64,000 bases of DNA from a virus. The stretch lies in the IMG/VR virus record IMGVR_UViG_3300048694_001252, positions 32,001-96,000 of that record; one strand, given 5' to 3'. The position numbers were made by a program, and so were the translations under genes. Shown here one piece after another: positions 19,711 through 31,734 of this stretch. The notes beneath the pieces were generated by a model that saw nothing but the letters and a program-made list of their open reading frames with translations, was not told the origin of the DNA and did no database searches. Positions within the stretch are counted from its first letter, which is position 1. The number at the start of each line of letters is the position of its first letter.

Positions 19711-22700
19711 AGAATCACCCATCTCTGTCCAGATGCCACAGTGACACTGACGTTGTTGGCTGTGGTAATAGGTCCGATACTAAGAGCGTTATAACCCGAT
19801 CCCACAGTATAGTTGGCTGTGATAGTGTTCGCTGTGAGTAGTAGTCCATTGGTTGCCAAGAACACCGAACTAGAAAATGTTCCCAATGAAGTCAAGTTGC
19901 CGCCGGTAATATTGCCTGTCACGCTGAGCGCATTACTGGTGGCGTTATAAACAAATCCTGCTGTTGAAACGTTGGCCAACTGGTCAACTCCAGCTGCTCC
20001 TACCATAACCGGATAAAGATTAGCGGTAGTGGTATTATTGGTAGCGTTGATTGTATTGGCCGATCCACCGCCCCCACCGCTAGGACCTTGGGCTCCTTGC
20101 GTACCCAAAGTACCTTGTGTGCCTGTGGCACCTTGCGTACCCGCCCCTGTAGCACCTTGCGTACCTGTACCTGTGGCACCTTGCGTACCTGTACCTGTGG
20201 CACCTTGTGCACCAGTGGCGCCCTGTGTACCTGCCCCTGTAGCACCTTGTGCTCCGGTCACGCCCTGAGCGCCTGTAGCGCCTTGCGCGCCAGTTGATCC
20301 TTGTGCGCCAGTTGTGCCTTGAGTTCCCGTGGTTCCTTGCGCACCTGTTACACCTTGAGCCCCGGTAGCGCCCTGCGCACCATCTGTGCCCTGTGCACCT
20401 ATTGTGCCCTGTGCACCTGTTGTGCCCTGTGCACCTGTGGTTCCTTGAGCTCCGGTTGTGCCTTGTGTGCCATTTGTTCCACTAGTACCCTGTGCACCTG
20501 TGGTGCCTTGAGCACCTGTTGTACCTTGTGTGCCATCCGTGCCTTGTGTACCTGTTGTGCCTTGCGCACCTGTTGTGCCCTGTGCACCTGTGGTGCCTTG
20601 AGCACCCGTGATGCCTTGTGTACCTGTGGTACCTGTTGTGCCTTGTGCGCCCGTAGCACCCTGTGCACCTGTGGTGCCTTGAGCACCTGTGGTGCCTTGT
20701 GTACCTGTGGTACCCGTGGTGCCTTGTGCGCCCGTAGCACCCTGTGCACCTGTTGTGCCTTGAGCACCAGTTGTGCCTTGAGCACCTGTTGTGCCTTGTG
20801 TACCTGTGGTGCCCGTTGTGCCTTGTGCACCCGTAGCGCCCTGTGCACCTGTGGTGCCTTGAGCACCTGTGGTGCCTTGAGCACCCGTGATGCCTTGTGT
20901 ACCTGTGGTACCTCTTGTGCCTTGCGCTCCAATCGTGCCTTGTACTCCCTGTGCACCTGTAGTGCCTTGTGCACCCGTGATGCCTTGCGCTCCAATCGTG
21001 CCTTGTACTCCCTGTGCACCTGTAGTGCCTTGTGCACCCGTGGTGCCTTGTGCACCTGTGGTGCCCTGTGTACCTGTTGTGCCTTGAGTGCCCGTGATGC
21101 CTTGCACGCCTTGTGCGCCTGTGGCACCTTGCGTACCGGCTGTGCCTTGAGCCCCGCTGACCAAGGCCACAAACAGAGTACTGTTATCAGCAAAATTGCT
21201 TGATCCGGTACCGCCTGATCCCAACAACATAACCGGATAGGTCCAGTAGTTGTTGGTAACAGTACTGGGTGTGCCATTTATCTGCCAGCGTTGATAATTG
21301 GCACTGTTGGCTCGATCCTGTATGGTTATTACTTCGGTATTCTGGATCAGAGCCAAGAATATGTCAATGTCCTGACCATCATCTGTGAGGTGATCAATAT
21401 TGATAGATGTGGCACTGGTCTGGGCCAAGTTATTCCAGATTACCTTGCCATCACCTGGATCACCACTGGTACTACCAGTATTGGCTCGATAATTGAATAG
21501 GTTGCTACTGCTACCTTGATTACCTTGCGTACCCTGTGTGCCTGTAGCACCCTGTGTGCCTTGAATGCCTTGAGTACCCGTGATGCCTTGCACGCCTTGT
21601 GCACCTGTGGTGCCTTGGGCACCTGTGATGCCTTGAGTGCCTTGTATACCCGTGGTTCCTTGTACACCTTGTGTGCCTGTAGTGCCTTGTGCACCCGTGG
21701 TGCCTTGTGCACCTGTTGTGCCCTGAGCACCTGTTGTGCCTTGTGTACCTAGAGTGCCTTGAGCACCTTGGGTGCCTTGTGCGCCTGTGGCGCCTTGTGC
21801 GCCTGTGGTACCTGTTGTGCCCTGAGTACCTGTGGTGCCTTGTGTGCCATTTGTTCCTGCAGTACCCTGTGTACCATCTGTGCCCTGTGCACCTGTTGTG
21901 CCCTGAGCACCTGTTGTGCCTTGTGTACCTGTTGTGCCTTGTGTACCTGTGGTGCCTTGTGTACCTGTGGTACCTGTTGTGCCTTGGGCTCCGGTTGTGC
22001 CTTGTGTGCCTGTGGTACCTTGTGTACCTGCGGTACCTTGTGAGCCAGTGGTACCTTGATTGCCCGCAGTGCCTTGCGTACCAGTTTGTCCTTGGATGCC
22101 CGTGGTGCCTTGAGCACCTGTGGTACCCTGTGCACCTGTTACCCCTTGAACGCCTTGTGTACCTGTAGTGCCTTGTGCACCCGTGGCGCCTTGAGCTCCG
22201 GTTATACCTTGTGTGCCATCCGTGCCTTGTGTACCTGTGGCACCTTGAGTACCTGTGATGCCTTGAGTACCTACAGTGCCTTGCACGCCTTGCAAGCCCA
22301 CAGTGCCTTGTGCACCCTGTACACCCTGTGTGCCGAGAATGCCTTGGAGACCCTGTGTACCTAGAGTACCTTGTACACCCTGAGTACCTACAGTTCCTTG
22401 CACACCTTGTGTGCCTTGAACACCCTGTGTGCCCGTAGTACCTTGTGAGCCAGTTGCGCCTTGAGCACCCACGGTGCCTTGGCTACCAATCACGCCCTGC
22501 GCACCTGTGACGCCTTGAGCACCTGTGGTACCTTGTGCGCCTGTGGTACCTTGAGTGCCTTGACTACCTGTGGTGCCTTGTGTGCCGTCTGTGCCCTGAC
22601 TACCGGTAGTGCCCTGTGTACCCGTTGTGCCTTGAGCACCTGTGACGCCTTGAGCACCTGTGACGCCTTGATTACCAATTATGCCCTGGAGACCTTGTGT

Positions 22701-25700
22701 GCCTGTAGTGCCCTGACTACCAGTAGTGCCCTGGATTCCCGTAGTACCTTGCGCACCTGTGACGCCTTGAGTGCCCGTGACACCTTGAGATCCCAAGATA
22801 CCCTGGATGCCTTGCGCACCTGTTGCACCTTGCGCACCCGTGACACCATTGACCAAGGCCACAAATAGATTAGTTTCGTCTGCAAAATTGCTTGATCCGG
22901 TACCGCCTGATCCCAACAACATAACCGGATAGGTCCAGTAGTTGTTGGGTACCGAAGTGGGTGTACCATTTACCTGCCAGCGTTGATAATTGGCACTGTT
23001 GGCTCGATCCTGTATGGTTATTACTTCGGTATTCTGGATCAATGCCAAGAATATGTCAATGTCCTGACCACCGTCGGTTAGATGACTGATATTGATTGAT
23101 GTGGCGTTGACTTGGGTGGCGTTGTTCCACAACAGATGACCGCTACCAGGATCACCACTGATTATGTTGGTATCTGACTTGTAATTGAATAGATTACTGC
23201 TAGAGCCAGTATTACCTTGGCTGCCTGTAGTGCCTTGTGTGCCAGTTGTGCCTTGTGTGCCCGTGGTACCTGTGACGCCTTGAGCGCCTGTTGAGCCTTG
23301 GGCACCTGCAATACCCTGTGCGCCCGTGGTACCTTGGCTTCCAGCTACCCCTTGTGTTCCTGTGGTGCCTTGAGCACCTGTGACGCCTTGCCCGCCCGTG
23401 ACACCTTGTGTGCCCTGTGTGCCTGTGACGCCTTGAGCGCCTGTGGTGCCTTGTGTGCCCGTAGCGCCTTGTGAGCCTGTTGTGCCCTGTGTGCCTGTGA
23501 CGCCTTGCGCTCCTGTGGTGCCTTGACCGCCAGTTGATCCTTGTGTGCCCGTAGTGCCCTGACTACCCGTAGTACCCTGAGCACCCGTAGTGCCTTGTGT
23601 ACCCGTAGTGCCCTGTACGCCCGTAGTGCCTTGTGCACCTGTTGAGCCTTGGGTACCCTCAACTCCTTGGATACCTTGAATACCTTCTACACCTTGAGCA
23701 CCTGTGACACCTTGGGTTCCAGTAACCCCTTGAACCCCCGTGGTGCCTTGTGCACCTTGTGCACCTGTAATGCCCTGAGTACCTACAGTACCTTGGGCAC
23801 CTGTTGAACCTTGGGTACCCGTGGCTCCTTGCACTCCCTGTGTGCCCGTAGTACCTTGTGCACCCGTGGTGCCTTGGCCTCCTGTCGCCCCTTGTGTGCC
23901 TTGTGTGCCTGTGGTACCTTGTACACCCTGTGTACCAGTTTGCCCTTGGACTCCTTGTGCTCCAGTAGTACCTTGCGAGCCTGTCACTCCTTGCGTACCC
24001 TGTGTACCTGTGACGCCTTGTGCGCCATCTGTGCCCTGTGCACCTGTGGTGCCTTGACCTCCGGTAGCACCTTGTGTACCCTGTGTACCTGTGGTGCCTT
24101 GTGTGCCCGTGATGCCTTGGCCGCCTGTGGCACCTTGACTACCTGTGGTGCCTTGTGTGCCTTGACTACCAGTAGATCCCTGCGCACCTGTGGTGCCCTG
24201 TGCGCCATCCACACCTTGTACACCTTGTGTACCAGTGGTACCTTGTACACCTTGGCCGCCTGTAACACCTTGTGTGCCTTGTGTACCTGTTGTGCCTTGA
24301 GCACCCGTAACGCCTTGGGTGCCTTGCGTACCGGTTTGTCCTTGAGTTCCTGTGGTGCCTTGTGCACCAGTGACGCCTTGAGTTCCTCCTACTCCCTGTA
24401 CACCTTGGCTGCCTACAATACCTTGGGTGCCTGTGGTTCCTTGTGCACCTGTAGTGCCCTGCGTACCTGTGGCGCCTTGTGTGCCTGTGGTACCTTGTGT
24501 ACCCGTAACGCCCTGTGCGCCATCTGTACCCTGAGCGCCTGTGATGCCTTGTGTGCCAGTTGTGCCCTGAGTGCCTGTGGTGCCCTGTGAGCCAGTTGTA
24601 CCTTGTGTGCCAGTTGTACCTTGTGTGCCAGTTGTACCTTGGGAGCCAGTTGTACCTTGGGAGCCGGTTGTACCTTGTGCGCCTGCGGGTCCGGGCGTAC
24701 CACCAAGATTTACCTCCCAAGATGTGTAACTACCGGTTCCCGTTGCTGTGGTAATATTGGCCACCATGGCGCCGGTACCACTGTCATAACTGGTAACAGT
24801 ACCATCCATGTAGTTGTTGGCATCGTAACTGATGATAATGTTCTGAGATGGGATATAGGCCAGGCTGGTTCCCACCGTGAGAGATTTAGATCCTGTGCCA
24901 ATGGATAGATTGGTTGAGCTAGTGGTTTGATAGGCATCGCCTGTGATGCCTTGTGATCCAATCGTGCCTTGTACACCCTGCGTACCTTGCGAGCCATTTG
25001 TTCCCTGTGTACCTGTAGTGCCTTGACTACCTACAGTACCTTGCGAACCAGTAGTGCCTTGGATACCTGTGATACCTTGGCCGCCTGTAACTCCCTGTGT
25101 ACCCTGTGTGCCTTGCGTACCTGTGACACCTTGACCGCCCACAGCACCTTGACTGCCTACCGCGCCCTGTACGCCCTGACCTCCCACTGCACCCTGTACA
25201 CCTTGAGTGCCCGTGATACCTTGAGTGCCCGTAGTGCCTTGTGCACCAGTAGATCCTTGAGCGCCAAGAACTCCCTGTGTGCCTTGTGTGCCAGTATTGC
25301 CTTGTGTGCCCGTAGTTCCTTGAGCACCTGTGGTGCCCTGTGTACCCGTAGAGCCTTGAGCTCCTTGACTACCTGTGGTTCCTTGCGAGCCCGCAGTACC
25401 CTGTGTGCCTGTTATGCCTTGTGAGCCAGTAGTGCCTTGTACACCTGTCGCGCCTTGCGAGCCCGTAGTGCCTTGTGTGCCAGTTGTACCCTGTGATCCA
25501 ATCGTGCCTTGTGTGCCTTGACTACCTGTGGTGCCTTGCGAGCCCGCAGTACCCTGTGTGCCTGTGGTGCCTTGAGCACCTGTGGTGCCTTGGCCGCCCG
25601 TGACACCTTGTGTGCCTTGAGTGCCCGTAACGCCCTGTGTGCCAGTTGTACCTTGTGCTCCAGTTTGTCCTTGACTACCGGTCACTCCCTGCGTACCCTG

Positions 25701-27083
25701 TGTGCCTGTGACGCCTTGCACTCCTGTAGTGCCTTGTGTGCCTGCGGTGCCCTGCGTACCTGTGGTGCCTTGTGATCCAACCGTACCTTGTGATCCGGTA
25801 GTGCCTTGTGTGCCCGTAGTGCCTTGTGCACCAACGGTGCCTTGCGATCCTAGGGTGCCTTGAACACCTTGACTGCCTACGATACCTTGTGCACCAGTCT
25901 GACCTTGCGTACCTGTGGTGCCTTGAGTACCCGTGATGCCTTGTGTACCCGTGGTGCCTTGTGTTCCCTGTGTGCCTGTAGTGCCTTGCGCACCCGTGAT
26001 GCCTTGAGCGCCTGTGGCTCCTTGCACACCTTGAATTCCAGTAGTACCTTGGCTGCCCACGCTACCTTGTACGCCTACCAGGCCTTGTGTGCCTACCACG
26101 CCTTGGAGACCTGTGGTTCCTTGCAAACCCTCAGTACCCTGTGTGCCCGTAGTGCCCTGAGTGCCCGTGGTACCCTGTGTGCCTGTGGTACCTTGCGCAC
26201 CTGTGGTGCCTTGAGTGCCCGTGGTACCCTGTGTGCCTGTGGTACCTTGTGCGCCATCTGTTCCCTGTGTGCCTACCACGCCCTGGATGCCTTGTGCACC
26301 CACGGTGCCTTGACTTCCGGCTACGCCCTGACTGCCTGTGGTACCTTGGGTGCCACTCACTATGGACTGGCCGTTGGCTAGATAGAATGCATCGCCTACG
26401 ATATTGCCGGCGGTTGTCAGTCCCTCGGCAGAAAACGTGGTCTGGCTACCAGTAGGATCACTGAGGATAAGGCTGTCGGCATTGGCCGAGATCTCAGCTG
26501 AACCCAGATATATGGTGCTGTTGGATAGATAGAGGTCGCGCCAACGAGCTGTGTCACTGCCTAGATCATAGGTGATGTTGGCTGCGGGTTCTAGATTGGC
26601 TGCGAATGTCACCTGGTTGCTGGCAAAAACAACCACATTACCGGTGCCGTTGATGCCCACTGTGATATTGCTGTCAGCTGCTAACACGCTCACGTTGGAA
26701 GTACCATTGGCGATGGCAGTACCATTGCCTGCACCGCCGCCGGAGATACCGGTTAGAAATCTACCATTGCCATAATAGTAGCGGCTGTAGGTGCTGTCAA
26801 AGTAGCGATTGGCCGATCCTAGGTCATAAACGGAATCTATATTGGGCACCACGGTACTGGCCATGGTCACATTGCCTATCCCGTTGCCGGCTAAGACCAG
26901 ATCTAGATTGGTTTCATTGGTACTGACACGATTGTTGGAGATCTGGACTTGGCTGTTGACCGGTCCCGCTGTCCATATATTGGCAAAATTGTTATTGACC
27001 GCTTGAAAAGCGTCGCGCAGACTTTCACCCGTGCCGTCATTTACCGCACCGATGTCTATTAGCTGTTGTGGTGTATCGCTCAT
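19707..27083 (-). CDS. Giant collagen-like fibre protein (2458 aa)
   Basis: N-terminal [17 protein letters not shown] (gp9/gp10-like attachment motif); long G-x-Q-G-x-T tracts interrupted by three globular inserts. Confidence 0.85.
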   Translation of the reverse strand: MSDTPQQLIDIGAVNDGTGESLRDAFQAVNNNFANIWTAGPVNSQVQISNNRVSTNETNLDLVLAGNGIGNVTMASTVVPNIDSVYDLGSANRYFDSTYSRYYYGNGRFLTGISGGGAGNGTAIANGTSNVSVLAADSNITVGINGTGNVVVFASNQVTFAANLEPAANITYDLGSDTARWRDLYLSNSTIYLGSAEISANADSLILSDPTGSQTTFSAEGLTTAGNIVGDAFYLANGQSIVSGTQGTTGSQGVAGSQGTVGAQGIQGVVGTQGTDGAQGTTGTQGTTGTQGTTGAQGTTGTQGTTGTQGTTGTQGTEGLQGTTGLQGVVGTQGLVGVQGSVGSQGTTGIQGVQGATGAQGITGAQGTTGTQGTQGTTGTQGITGTQGTTGTQGQTGAQGIVGSQGVQGTLGSQGTVGAQGTTGTQGTTGSQGTVGSQGTTGTQGTAGTQGTTGVQGVTGTQGTQGVTGSQGQTGAQGTTGTQGVTGTQGTQGVTGGQGTTGAQGTTGTQGTAGSQGTTGSQGTQGTIGSQGTTGTQGTTGSQGATGVQGTTGSQGITGTQGTAGSQGTTGSQGAQGSTGTQGTTGAQGTTGTQGNTGTQGTQGVLGAQGSTGAQGTTGTQGITGTQGVQGAVGGQGVQGAVGSQGAVGGQGVTGTQGTQGTQGVTGGQGITGIQGTTGSQGTVGSQGTTGTQGTNGSQGTQGVQGTIGSQGITGDAYQTTSSTNLSIGTGSKSLTVGTSLAYIPSQNIIISYDANNYMDGTVTSYDSGTGAMVANITTATGTGSYTSWEVNLGGTPGPAGAQGTTGSQGTTGSQGTTGTQGTTGTQGTTGSQGTTGTQGTTGTQGITGAQGTDGAQGVTGTQGTTGTQGATGTQGTTGAQGTTGTQGIVGSQGVQGVGGTQGVTGAQGTTGTQGQTGTQGTQGVTGAQGTTGTQGTQGVTGGQGVQGTTGTQGVQGVDGAQGTTGAQGSTGSQGTQGTTGSQGATGGQGITGTQGTTGTQGTQGATGGQGTTGAQGTDGAQGVTGTQGTQGVTGSQGTTGAQGVQGQTGTQGVQGTTGTQGTQGATGGQGTTGAQGTTGTQGVQGATGTQGSTGAQGTVGTQGITGAQGAQGTTGVQGVTGTQGVTGAQGVEGIQGIQGVEGTQGSTGAQGTTGVQGTTGTQGTTGAQGTTGSQGTTGTQGSTGGQGTTGAQGVTGTQGTTGSQGATGTQGTTGAQGVTGTQGTQGVTGGQGVTGAQGTTGTQGVAGSQGTTGAQGIAGAQGSTGAQGVTGTTGTQGTTGTQGTTGSQGNTGSSSNLFNYKSDTNIISGDPGSGHLLWNNATQVNATSINISHLTDGGQDIDIFLALIQNTEVITIQDRANSANYQRWQVNGTPTSVPNNYWTYPVMLLGSGGTGSSNFADETNLFVALVNGVTGAQGATGAQGIQGILGSQGVTGTQGVTGAQGTTGIQGTTGSQGTTGTQGLQGIIGNQGVTGAQGVTGAQGTTGTQGTTGSQGTDGTQGTTGSQGTQGTTGAQGTTGAQGVTGAQGVIGSQGTVGAQGATGSQGTTGTQGVQGTQGVQGTVGTQGVQGTLGTQGLQGILGTQGVQGAQGTVGLQGVQGTVGTQGITGTQGATGTQGTDGTQGITGAQGATGAQGTTGTQGVQGVTGAQGTTGAQGTTGIQGQTGTQGTAGNQGTTGSQGTAGTQGTTGTQGTTGAQGTTGTTGTQGTTGTQGTTGTQGTTGAQGTTGAQGTDGTQGTAGTNGTQGTTGTQGTTGTTGAQGATGAQGTQGAQGTLGTQGTTGAQGTTGAQGTTGAQGTTGTQGVQGTTGIQGTQGITGAQGTTGAQGVQGITGTQGIQGTQGATGTQGTQGNQGSSSNLFNYRANTGSTSGDPGDGKVIWNNLAQTSATSINIDHLTDDGQDIDIFLALIQNTEVITIQDRANSANYQRWQINGTPSTVTNNYWTYPVMLLGSGGTGSSNFADNSTLFVALVSGAQGTAGTQGATGAQGVQGITGTQGTTGTQGTTGAQGTTGAQGTTGAQGVQGTIGAQGITGAQGTTGAQGVQGTIGAQGTRGTTGTQGITGAQGTTGAQGTTGAQGATGAQGTTGTTGTQGTTGAQGTTGAQGTTGAQGATGAQGTTGTTGTQGTTGAQGTTGAQGATGAQGTTGTTGTQGITGAQGTTGAQGTTGAQGTTGTQGTDGTQGTTGAQGTTGAQGTSGTNGTQGTTGAQGTTGAQGTTGAQGTIGAQGTDGAQGATGAQGVTGAQGTTGTQGTTGAQGSTGAQGATGAQGVTGAQGATGAGTQGATGAQGATGTGTQGATGTGTQGATGAGTQGATGTQGTLGTQGAQGPSGGGGGSANTINATNNTTTANLYPVMVGAAGVDQLANVSTAGFVYNATSNALSVTGNITGGNLTSLGTFSSSVFLATNGLLLTANTITANYTVGSGYNALSIGPITTANNVSVTVASGQRWVIL
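20085..26355 (-). repeat. Degenerate 9/18-bp coding repeat (collagen Gly-X-Y)
   Basis: Repeated GGC ACC ACA GGT GCA CAA-type units in frame with 19707-27083. Confidence 0.9.
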
Positions 27084-27135
27084 TTAGTGGGATCCTATAG
27101 GATATTTACCAATTTAGATCCCAAACTATTTTGCG

Positions 27136-30100
27136 CTAGACTCTGCCCACCACGATTTCAATCAGGCCCTGATCGCCCTCAAAGTTTTCCAGACTCTTGC
27201 CTATAATAGCACCAGTTGGGGGGTCTGCATCCGATCTGGCCGCGCCGTTGCCCGCGCTCACCATCATGTCGCCCTTGCGTATCACGCCCGTGACACGGGT
27301 TTTTACCCGCCCCTGCAGAGCCAGCAGTACCGGATGTTCAGCTGATATGCCCGCGTTCATGACGTGTCCCGGACCGGTACTGACCACACCGGCCACGGCT
27401 CGATCACCATCAACTGAACTGATAGTTACTTCGTGTGTGCCACCAAAGCAGAGCACAGTACCCGGTTCATAGTCTTGATCGGCGCTGTATTTTTCGGCCA
27501 AGTCGGCATATTGAGCTTGTGTTGATGTGACCTGTAGCGTGTTATTTGCTGCATCAAAACTGAATGCCGTGGCTGCTGTTCGAACTGAGGCTGTTTGGTT
27601 GCTACCGGCTGCGGCCACAAAAACCGGATAGAATGTACCAGTTGTGACCGCTGTGGCATTGATAGCCGTACTGGGTCCAGTGGAGCCCTGAGTGCCCGTG
27701 GAGCCCTGAGTGCCCGTGGAACCCTGAGCGCCTGTAGCACCTTGAGTACCAGTACCTGTGGTACCCTGTGCACCTGTTGTGCCTTGTGCACCTGTGGTGC
27801 CTTGTGTGCCATTTGTTCCTGCAGTACCCTGTGCACCTGTGGTGCCTTGAGCACCTGTGGTACCTTGTGTGCCATTTGTTCCTGCAGTACCCTGTGCACC
27901 TGTGGTGCCTTGAGCACCTGTAGTACCTTGTGTGCCATTTGTTCCTGCAGTACCCTGTGCACCTGTGGTGCCTTGTGCGCCATTTGTTCCACTAGTACCC
28001 TGTGCACCTGTGGTGCCTTGTGTGCCATTTGTTCCACTAGTACCCTGTGCACCTGTGGTGCCTTGGCCGCCGGTGGCACCTTGTGTGCCATTTGTTCCAC
28101 TAGTACCCTGTGCACCTGTAGCACCTTGGCCGCCAGTGGCACCTTGTGTGCCATTTGTTCCACTAGTACCCTGTGCACCTGTGGTGCCTTGAGTGCCAGT
28201 ACCTGTGGTGCCTTGTGCACCTGTGGTACCTTGTGTGCCATTTGTTCCACTAGTACCCTGTGCACCTGTGGTACCCTGTGCACCTGTGGTGCCTTGTGCG
28301 CCATTTGTTCCACTAGTACCCTGTGCACCTGTAGTGCCTTGTGTGCCATTTGTTCCACTAGTACCCTGTGCACCTGTGGTGCCTTGTGCACCTGTTGTAC
28401 CTTGAGCACCTGTGGTACCTTGTGTGCCATTTGTTCCACTAGTACCCTGTGCACCTGTGGTGCCTTGAGCACCTGTAGCACCTTGTGTGCCATTTGTTCC
28501 ATTAGTACCCTGTGCACCTGTGGTGCCTTGGCTACCAGTAGCACCTTGACTACCTGTGATACCTTGAGCACCTGTTGTTCCTTGAACACCTGAACCTGTA
28601 GTGCCTTGAGTACCTTGGGTACCCGTAGCTCCTTGGGTACCAGTAATTCCCTGTCGACCTTGAATACCTTGAGTGCCCTGTGCACCTGTGGTGCCTTGGC
28701 TACCAGTAGCACCTTGACTACCTGTGGTGCCTTGAGCACCTGTGGTGCCTTGAGAACCTGCACCTGTGGTGCCTTGTGGTCCCGGAGTTCCACCAAGATT
28801 TACTGACCAAGAACTATAAGTACCAGATCCAGTAGTACTAGTAATATTGGTTACTAGCTGTCCAGTACCGCTGTTATAACTGGTAACAGTTCCTGACATA
28901 TAATTGCTACCGTCATATGAGATAACAATATTTTGAGATGAGATATATGCTAAATTGGTACCAACAGTTATCGTTTGACTGCCAGTTGCAATAGTCAGAC
29001 TAGTTGAGCTAGTGGTTACATAAGCGTCGCCAGTTATACCTTGTGAACCTAGAATACCTTGCGATCCAGTGCTGCCTTGACTACCTGTAGCACCTTGGGT
29101 ACCTGTGGCTCCTTGGGTACCAGTAATTCCCTGTCGACCTTGAATACCTTGAGTGCCCTGTGCACCTGTAGTGCCTTGGCCACCAGTAGCGCCTTGACTA
29201 CCTGTAGCACCTTGACTACCTGTGATGCCTTGCGCACCTGTGATGCCTTGGCCGCCGGTGGCACCTTGTGTGCCATTTGTTCCACTGGTACCCTGTGCAC
29301 CTGTGGTGCCTTGTGTGCCATTTGTTCCACTGGTACCCTGTGCACCTGTGGTGCCTTGGCCACCAGTAGCGCCTTGACTACCTGTGATGCCTTGAGTACC
29401 TGCACCTGTGGTGCCTTGGCCACCAGTAGCGCCTTGGCCACCAGTAGCGCCTTGACTACCTGTGGTGCCTTGAGTACCTGCACCTGTGGTGCCTTGGCCA
29501 CCAGTAGCGCCTTGTGTTCCCAATAAACCTTGAACGCCTTGAGTGCCCATGGTTCCTTGGCTGCCTGTGACACCTTGAGCACCTGTGCTACCTTGTGTTC
29601 CTTGTATTCCGGTAGCTCCTTGAGGACCGGTTGTGCCTTGCGCACCAGATCCAGTACTGCCCTGTATGCCCGTGGCACCTTGAGCACCAGAAGCTTGCAC
29701 AGCCACACCATTGGCATATTGGAATCCTGCAGCAATGACGTTGCCAACTGCTGTGACTTTACCGCTAGAAAACACATTTCCGCTGGCAGAAATTGCACCA
29801 GTGGCATTGACATTTGCACCCTGGACATTGCCCGATGCTGATACTGTAACACCTTGCACCAGCGCGGCAGATATTAGATTACCACTGGTGACATTTCCCG
29901 AAACTGAAACTGTGGTCCCAGTATGGATCACTGCGTTGACATTGGCCCCACCAAGTATATTGGCACCAGTAATATTGCCCGTGACTGATAGTCCAGTACC
30001 GTTGAATATTGCTGCTTGAGATCCACCAATACCCACTGTGACCGCACCGCCGGCGCTGACCACCTTGACATTGCTGGTACCATTGGTTATTTGATTAACC

Positions 30101-30243
30101 GATACGTTGCCACCAATACTGGTATTTCCGTTGATGGTTAGATCCCCGGTGATGGTAGTTGCCCCAGCCGAAAGCTTGATCGAATCTGTAGGATCTATGG
30201 TTTCGATGGTGTAATTGCCGCTAACGCGCTTGATTGTGCTCAT
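27136..30243 (-). CDS. Collagen-like fibre protein with C-terminal intramolecular chaperone-like domain (1035 aa)
   Basis: Gly-X-Y tracts; C-terminal AQYADLAEKY...LALQGRV...IGKSLE, paralogous to 13980-17399. Confidence 0.85.
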   Translation of the reverse strand: MSTIKRVSGNYTIETIDPTDSIKLSAGATTITGDLTINGNTSIGGNVSVNQITNGTSNVKVVSAGGAVTVGIGGSQAAIFNGTGLSVTGNITGANILGGANVNAVIHTGTTVSVSGNVTSGNLISAALVQGVTVSASGNVQGANVNATGAISASGNVFSSGKVTAVGNVIAAGFQYANGVAVQASGAQGATGIQGSTGSGAQGTTGPQGATGIQGTQGSTGAQGVTGSQGTMGTQGVQGLLGTQGATGGQGTTGAGTQGTTGSQGATGGQGATGGQGTTGAGTQGITGSQGATGGQGTTGAQGTSGTNGTQGTTGAQGTSGTNGTQGATGGQGITGAQGITGSQGATGSQGATGGQGTTGAQGTQGIQGRQGITGTQGATGTQGATGSQGSTGSQGILGSQGITGDAYVTTSSTSLTIATGSQTITVGTNLAYISSQNIVISYDGSNYMSGTVTSYNSGTGQLVTNITSTTGSGTYSSWSVNLGGTPGPQGTTGAGSQGTTGAQGTTGSQGATGSQGTTGAQGTQGIQGRQGITGTQGATGTQGTQGTTGSGVQGTTGAQGITGSQGATGSQGTTGAQGTNGTNGTQGATGAQGTTGAQGTSGTNGTQGTTGAQGTTGAQGTTGAQGTSGTNGTQGTTGAQGTSGTNGAQGTTGAQGTTGAQGTSGTNGTQGTTGAQGTTGTGTQGTTGAQGTSGTNGTQGATGGQGATGAQGTSGTNGTQGATGGQGTTGAQGTSGTNGTQGTTGAQGTSGTNGAQGTTGAQGTAGTNGTQGTTGAQGTTGAQGTAGTNGTQGTTGAQGTTGAQGTAGTNGTQGTTGAQGTTGAQGTTGTGTQGATGAQGSTGTQGSTGTQGSTGPSTAINATAVTTGTFYPVFVAAAGSNQTASVRTAATAFSFDAANNTLQVTSTQAQYADLAEKYSADQDYEPGTVLCFGGTHEVTISSVDGDRAVAGVVSTGPGHVMNAGISAEHPVLLALQGRVKTRVTGVIRKGDMMVSAGNGAARSDADPPTGAIIGKSLENFEGDQGLIEIVVGRV
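27674..29690 (-). repeat. Degenerate collagen coding repeat including [15 protein letters not shown] units
   Basis: Near-identical tandem units visible in the DNA. Confidence 0.9.
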
Positions 30244-30831
30244 CTAAAGGTCCTTTGGATTATTTAGTCGTCGTTGTAGGTCTTCTAGATCCAGATGAAA
30301 CAGGTTAGCCAATCCATCAAATTGAGCAATATGCGCCGTGGTTGATCCACGCACTCGGACAAAACGTATCCGCGGGAAATCGCCGGCGATACGCAGAATC
30401 TGCCGTGTCCAATTACCGGTATAAGTGGGTTGACTGCTGCTTTTTTTGTAGAATTCGGTATCCGCATACACATTGTTGAACAGATCGCCCGGCATTGGCC
30501 CCATATCAAATCCCACGAGATATATGGGATCATGATGGGCCAGTGCAGCCAAACTCACGGCCAATGGACCTGAACTAAATCCAAAATACTGCTGGGGTAC
30601 AGACTTGGCACCTAGACCCGGAATAGGTTTACGAGTATAGAACTCGTATTGAGCCGAATAGCCACTCTCTTGTATGGCCGTGCTTATGGGTCTATCTGTA
30701 GACACCAATACTGTGGGTATAAATTCACGATAGAGAGCATTACAACCATAGACGGGACCATGTCTTTTTACCTGATCCAGATCCAGCCCCATGCGACTGC
30801 GCCCGTTACCCAACACAAAAGCCACACTCAT
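30244..30831 (-). CDS. DUF115/MptE-like or sialyltransferase-like nucleotide-binding protein
   Basis: AFVLGNGRSR, YGCNALYR, SSGPLA, IYLVGFD motifs. Confidence 0.6.
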   Translation of the reverse strand: MSVAFVLGNGRSRMGLDLDQVKRHGPVYGCNALYREFIPTVLVSTDRPISTAIQESGYSAQYEFYTRKPIPGLGAKSVPQQYFGFSSGPLAVSLAALAHHDPIYLVGFDMGPMPGDLFNNVYADTEFYKKSSSQPTYTGNWTRQILRIAGDFPRIRFVRVRGSTTAHIAQFDGLANLFHLDLEDLQRRLNNPKDL

Positions 30832-30863
30832 AAAAAATCCTCCCAGTAGTTATCTGGGAGGAT
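30832..30863 (-). terminator. Intrinsic terminator whose 3' arm contains the SD of the next gene
   Basis: 10-bp stem ATCCTCCCAG/CTGGGAGGAT with a U-run abutting ATG 30831. Confidence 0.75.
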
Positions 30864-30882
30864 CCTTTTGGTTTGACAAATG

Positions 30883-31710
30883 TTACGAAGTAAGGTTGTT
30901 GATCTGGGCCAATTGCAGACTACCATTCTGTGCGGAAGCACCATTGATAACTTCTGCACCAGACCATGTGACCGTACCTTCATCAGTGAAGAAGTTGGTG
31001 GGATAAAAGTTTTCGCTACTTTGTACATTGGTACCATAGTTGCTGTCAGCGTAGTTGCCATAGGTCATGCCATTCCAGTCACGTACCCATTTATTGGTGA
31101 TATAAGAAGCGTAAACAGCCGAACTATCACCCACAGAGTATGCCACGCTCATATATCCTGCGCTGGGAGAACCAGTGTTGGCCAGAACACAGATACCCAC
31201 ATTCCACACGGTACCGTTGTCAACAACAGCCGAACTACCACTGATAGTGGCTGTGAAAATATCACCCTGTGCTGCATTGGGGCTAGCACCAAACTGAGAC
31301 CAATCTGTACCGCTGGCACTGTTGATCATATAGGTATTACCGGCCACGATGTCCTCATCTTGTATGTCCGAGGCTTTGGCCACCAAGAATTTGTGTGCAC
31401 CCTTTTGGCGCAAGATGCGGCCCGATCCCGAACCAGTGCTAGAACCGCTGTTTAGTACGATATTGACCGTGCAGTTGATGTAGGGATTGGCAGCTGATCC
31501 CTGACCTTCTTGGAATCCACCCACCACGCCCAGATAATCCGAGGCGCTGAGTGTGCCAGCTGAGTTGTAAACCGGATCTGTCAGTGACCCAAAGTTGGGA
31601 TAACCCACATCCACATTGACCGCGGCTGCGGGTTGATTTATGGTACCATCGGCGTTGATCGTGATGCCCTGTGCAGGACCACGTTTGGAGATTTTGAGAG
31701 CTCGACCCAT
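30883..31710 (-). CDS. Putative virion structural protein (275 aa)
   Basis: Own late promoter, SD (AAGGA) and terminator; rich in G/S/N/A; RILRQKGAHKFLV motif. Confidence 0.6.
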   Translation of the reverse strand: MGRALKISKRGPAQGITINADGTINQPAAAVNVDVGYPNFGSLTDPVYNSAGTLSASDYLGVVGGFQEGQGSAANPYINCTVNIVLNSGSSTGSGSGRILRQKGAHKFLVAKASDIQDEDIVAGNTYMINSASGTDWSQFGASPNAAQGDIFTATISGSSAVVDNGTVWNVGICVLANTGSPSAGYMSVAYSVGDSSAVYASYITNKWVRDWNGMTYGNYADSNYGTNVQSSENFYPTNFFTDEGTVTWSGAEVINGASAQNGSLQLAQINNLTS

Positions 31711-31734
31711 TTTGTTTGTTCCTTGTGTAAAGTT

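Noticed and set aside
21157-23210. Diversity-generating retroelement TR/VR pair
   Set aside because: The differences are not adenine-specific, both copies are coding, and no reverse transcriptase is present in the window.
20000-29852. CRISPR or guide array, and the many Cys/Val/Pro-rich ORFs in other frames
   Set aside because: The repeats are degenerate in-frame collagen codons with no repeat-spacer alternation; the shadow ORFs result from the 9-bp period.
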